Made by a program: the position numbers and the translations under genes. Of a stretch of 64,000 bases of DNA, positions 62,991 through 64,000 are shown one piece after another. A model generated the notes under the pieces. That model was not told where the DNA came from. It saw only the letters and a list, made by a program, of their open reading frames with translations, and did no database searches. This DNA is from Azolla caroliniana (lineage: Eukaryota; Plantae; Polypodiophyta), in the NCBI GenBank assembly GCA_043228905.1, contig JBHGNT010000001.1, positions 19,654,001 to 19,718,000 of the forward strand. The letters are read 5' to 3'. Position 1 is the stretch's first letter. Every line of letters starts with the position of its first letter.

Positions 62991-64000
62991 CATCGGTGAT
63001 CTGTTGGAGTAATGAATCATCCTGCAACATATAAGTGGCAAAAAGATGCAATTGTTCAGCAAACGTCTAGATTCTTGAGCATAAGCAGCATCCCTAGGGC
63101 AGAGTGCAAGGTCAGCTCAACGAGAAAGGGCATCAACCTTCCCATGTTGGCCACCAGGTTGAAATACGATCTCAAAATCGTAGTCGACGAGAAATGTTGA
63201 CCAACGGGCTTGGCTTCGATTCAAAGTACGAGTGCTAGAAAAATAAACTAAATTTTTATGATCAATCACTGCCTGGACACGATGTTGTGCGGTGGCCAAG
63301 TAGGGTCGTCATTCTTCAAAGGCAGCAATGATAGTAGCAAGCTCCTTGTCGTATATGGGATAATTGATTTCGGAGGCCGTGAATTTCCGGGAGTAGTAAG
63401 CCACTAGGTGCATTAGGTTGGTGTCATCTGCCTAGGATAAGATGGCGCCAATGGCGAAGTCAGAGGCATCGGTTTCGACTTGGAAGGGTTTTGTAGCGTA
63501 GGCATGTAGCAGCACCGGGGCAGTGATGAATGCGTGTTTGAGTGAGTCGAATGCATTTTGTGCCTCCGAGGTCCATAAAAAAGGAGTACCTTTACAGGTG
63601 AGGGCGATAAGAGGTTGTGGTTGGGTGGAAAACCCCTTGATGAAGCGACGGTAAAAATTCGCGAAGCCAAGGAAGGATTGCACATCTTTAAGTCACCTTG
63701 GAGTCACCCACGTCCGAATGACAAGGACCTTCTTCATATCCATGGTGACGCCAGTGGGCGAGATGATGTAGCCCAGAAATTCGATCGAGGTACGGTCGAA
63801 CTCACATTTCTCGCCTTTGGCATAAAGGCCATGCTCGCGAAGTTTGGCAAGAACTAATCGGACTTGGTGAGTGTGCTCCTCCATGTTTGGCGAGAAAATG
63901 AGAATATCATCGAGGTAAATGACAACAAAATGATCGAGATATTCCCGGAATATATCGTTCATCATATGTTGAAAAACTGTTGGGGCGTTAGTAAGACCAA
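62991..64000 (-). mobile_element. Tcn1-like chromoviral RT/RNase H fragment, convergent with the preceding element
   Basis: [49 protein letters not shown]; homologous to 42900-43900 and runs off the window end. Confidence 0.9.

Overview
This window is eukaryotic (land-plant-like, probably non-seed plant) heterochromatin with no host genes. It is almost entirely a stack of nested retroelements that can be ordered by LTR pairs and target-site duplications (TSDs). It holds four Tnt1/Tork-like Copia copies (one with an intact 1357-aa ORF), three Copia copies of a second family, several Gypsy elements with a tRNA-Trp primer-binding site (PBS) and 4-bp TSDs, a self-priming Tcn1/Tf1-like chromovirus, two further chromovirus fragments and L1-like LINE remnants. 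The most unusual object is at 44697-57240. Removing two younger LTR insertions leaves a ~3.2-kb Penelope-like element (PLE) with a reverse-transcriptase-only ORF and no visible GIY-YIG endonuclease. It has two outward-facing minimal hammerhead ribozymes, one per strand with different covarying stems and each just downstream of a TATATAAA, ~79-bp terminal inverted repeats, and a several-hundred-bp duplication of the host sequence. All coordinates and mismatch counts were read by eye; lineage names need database confirmation.
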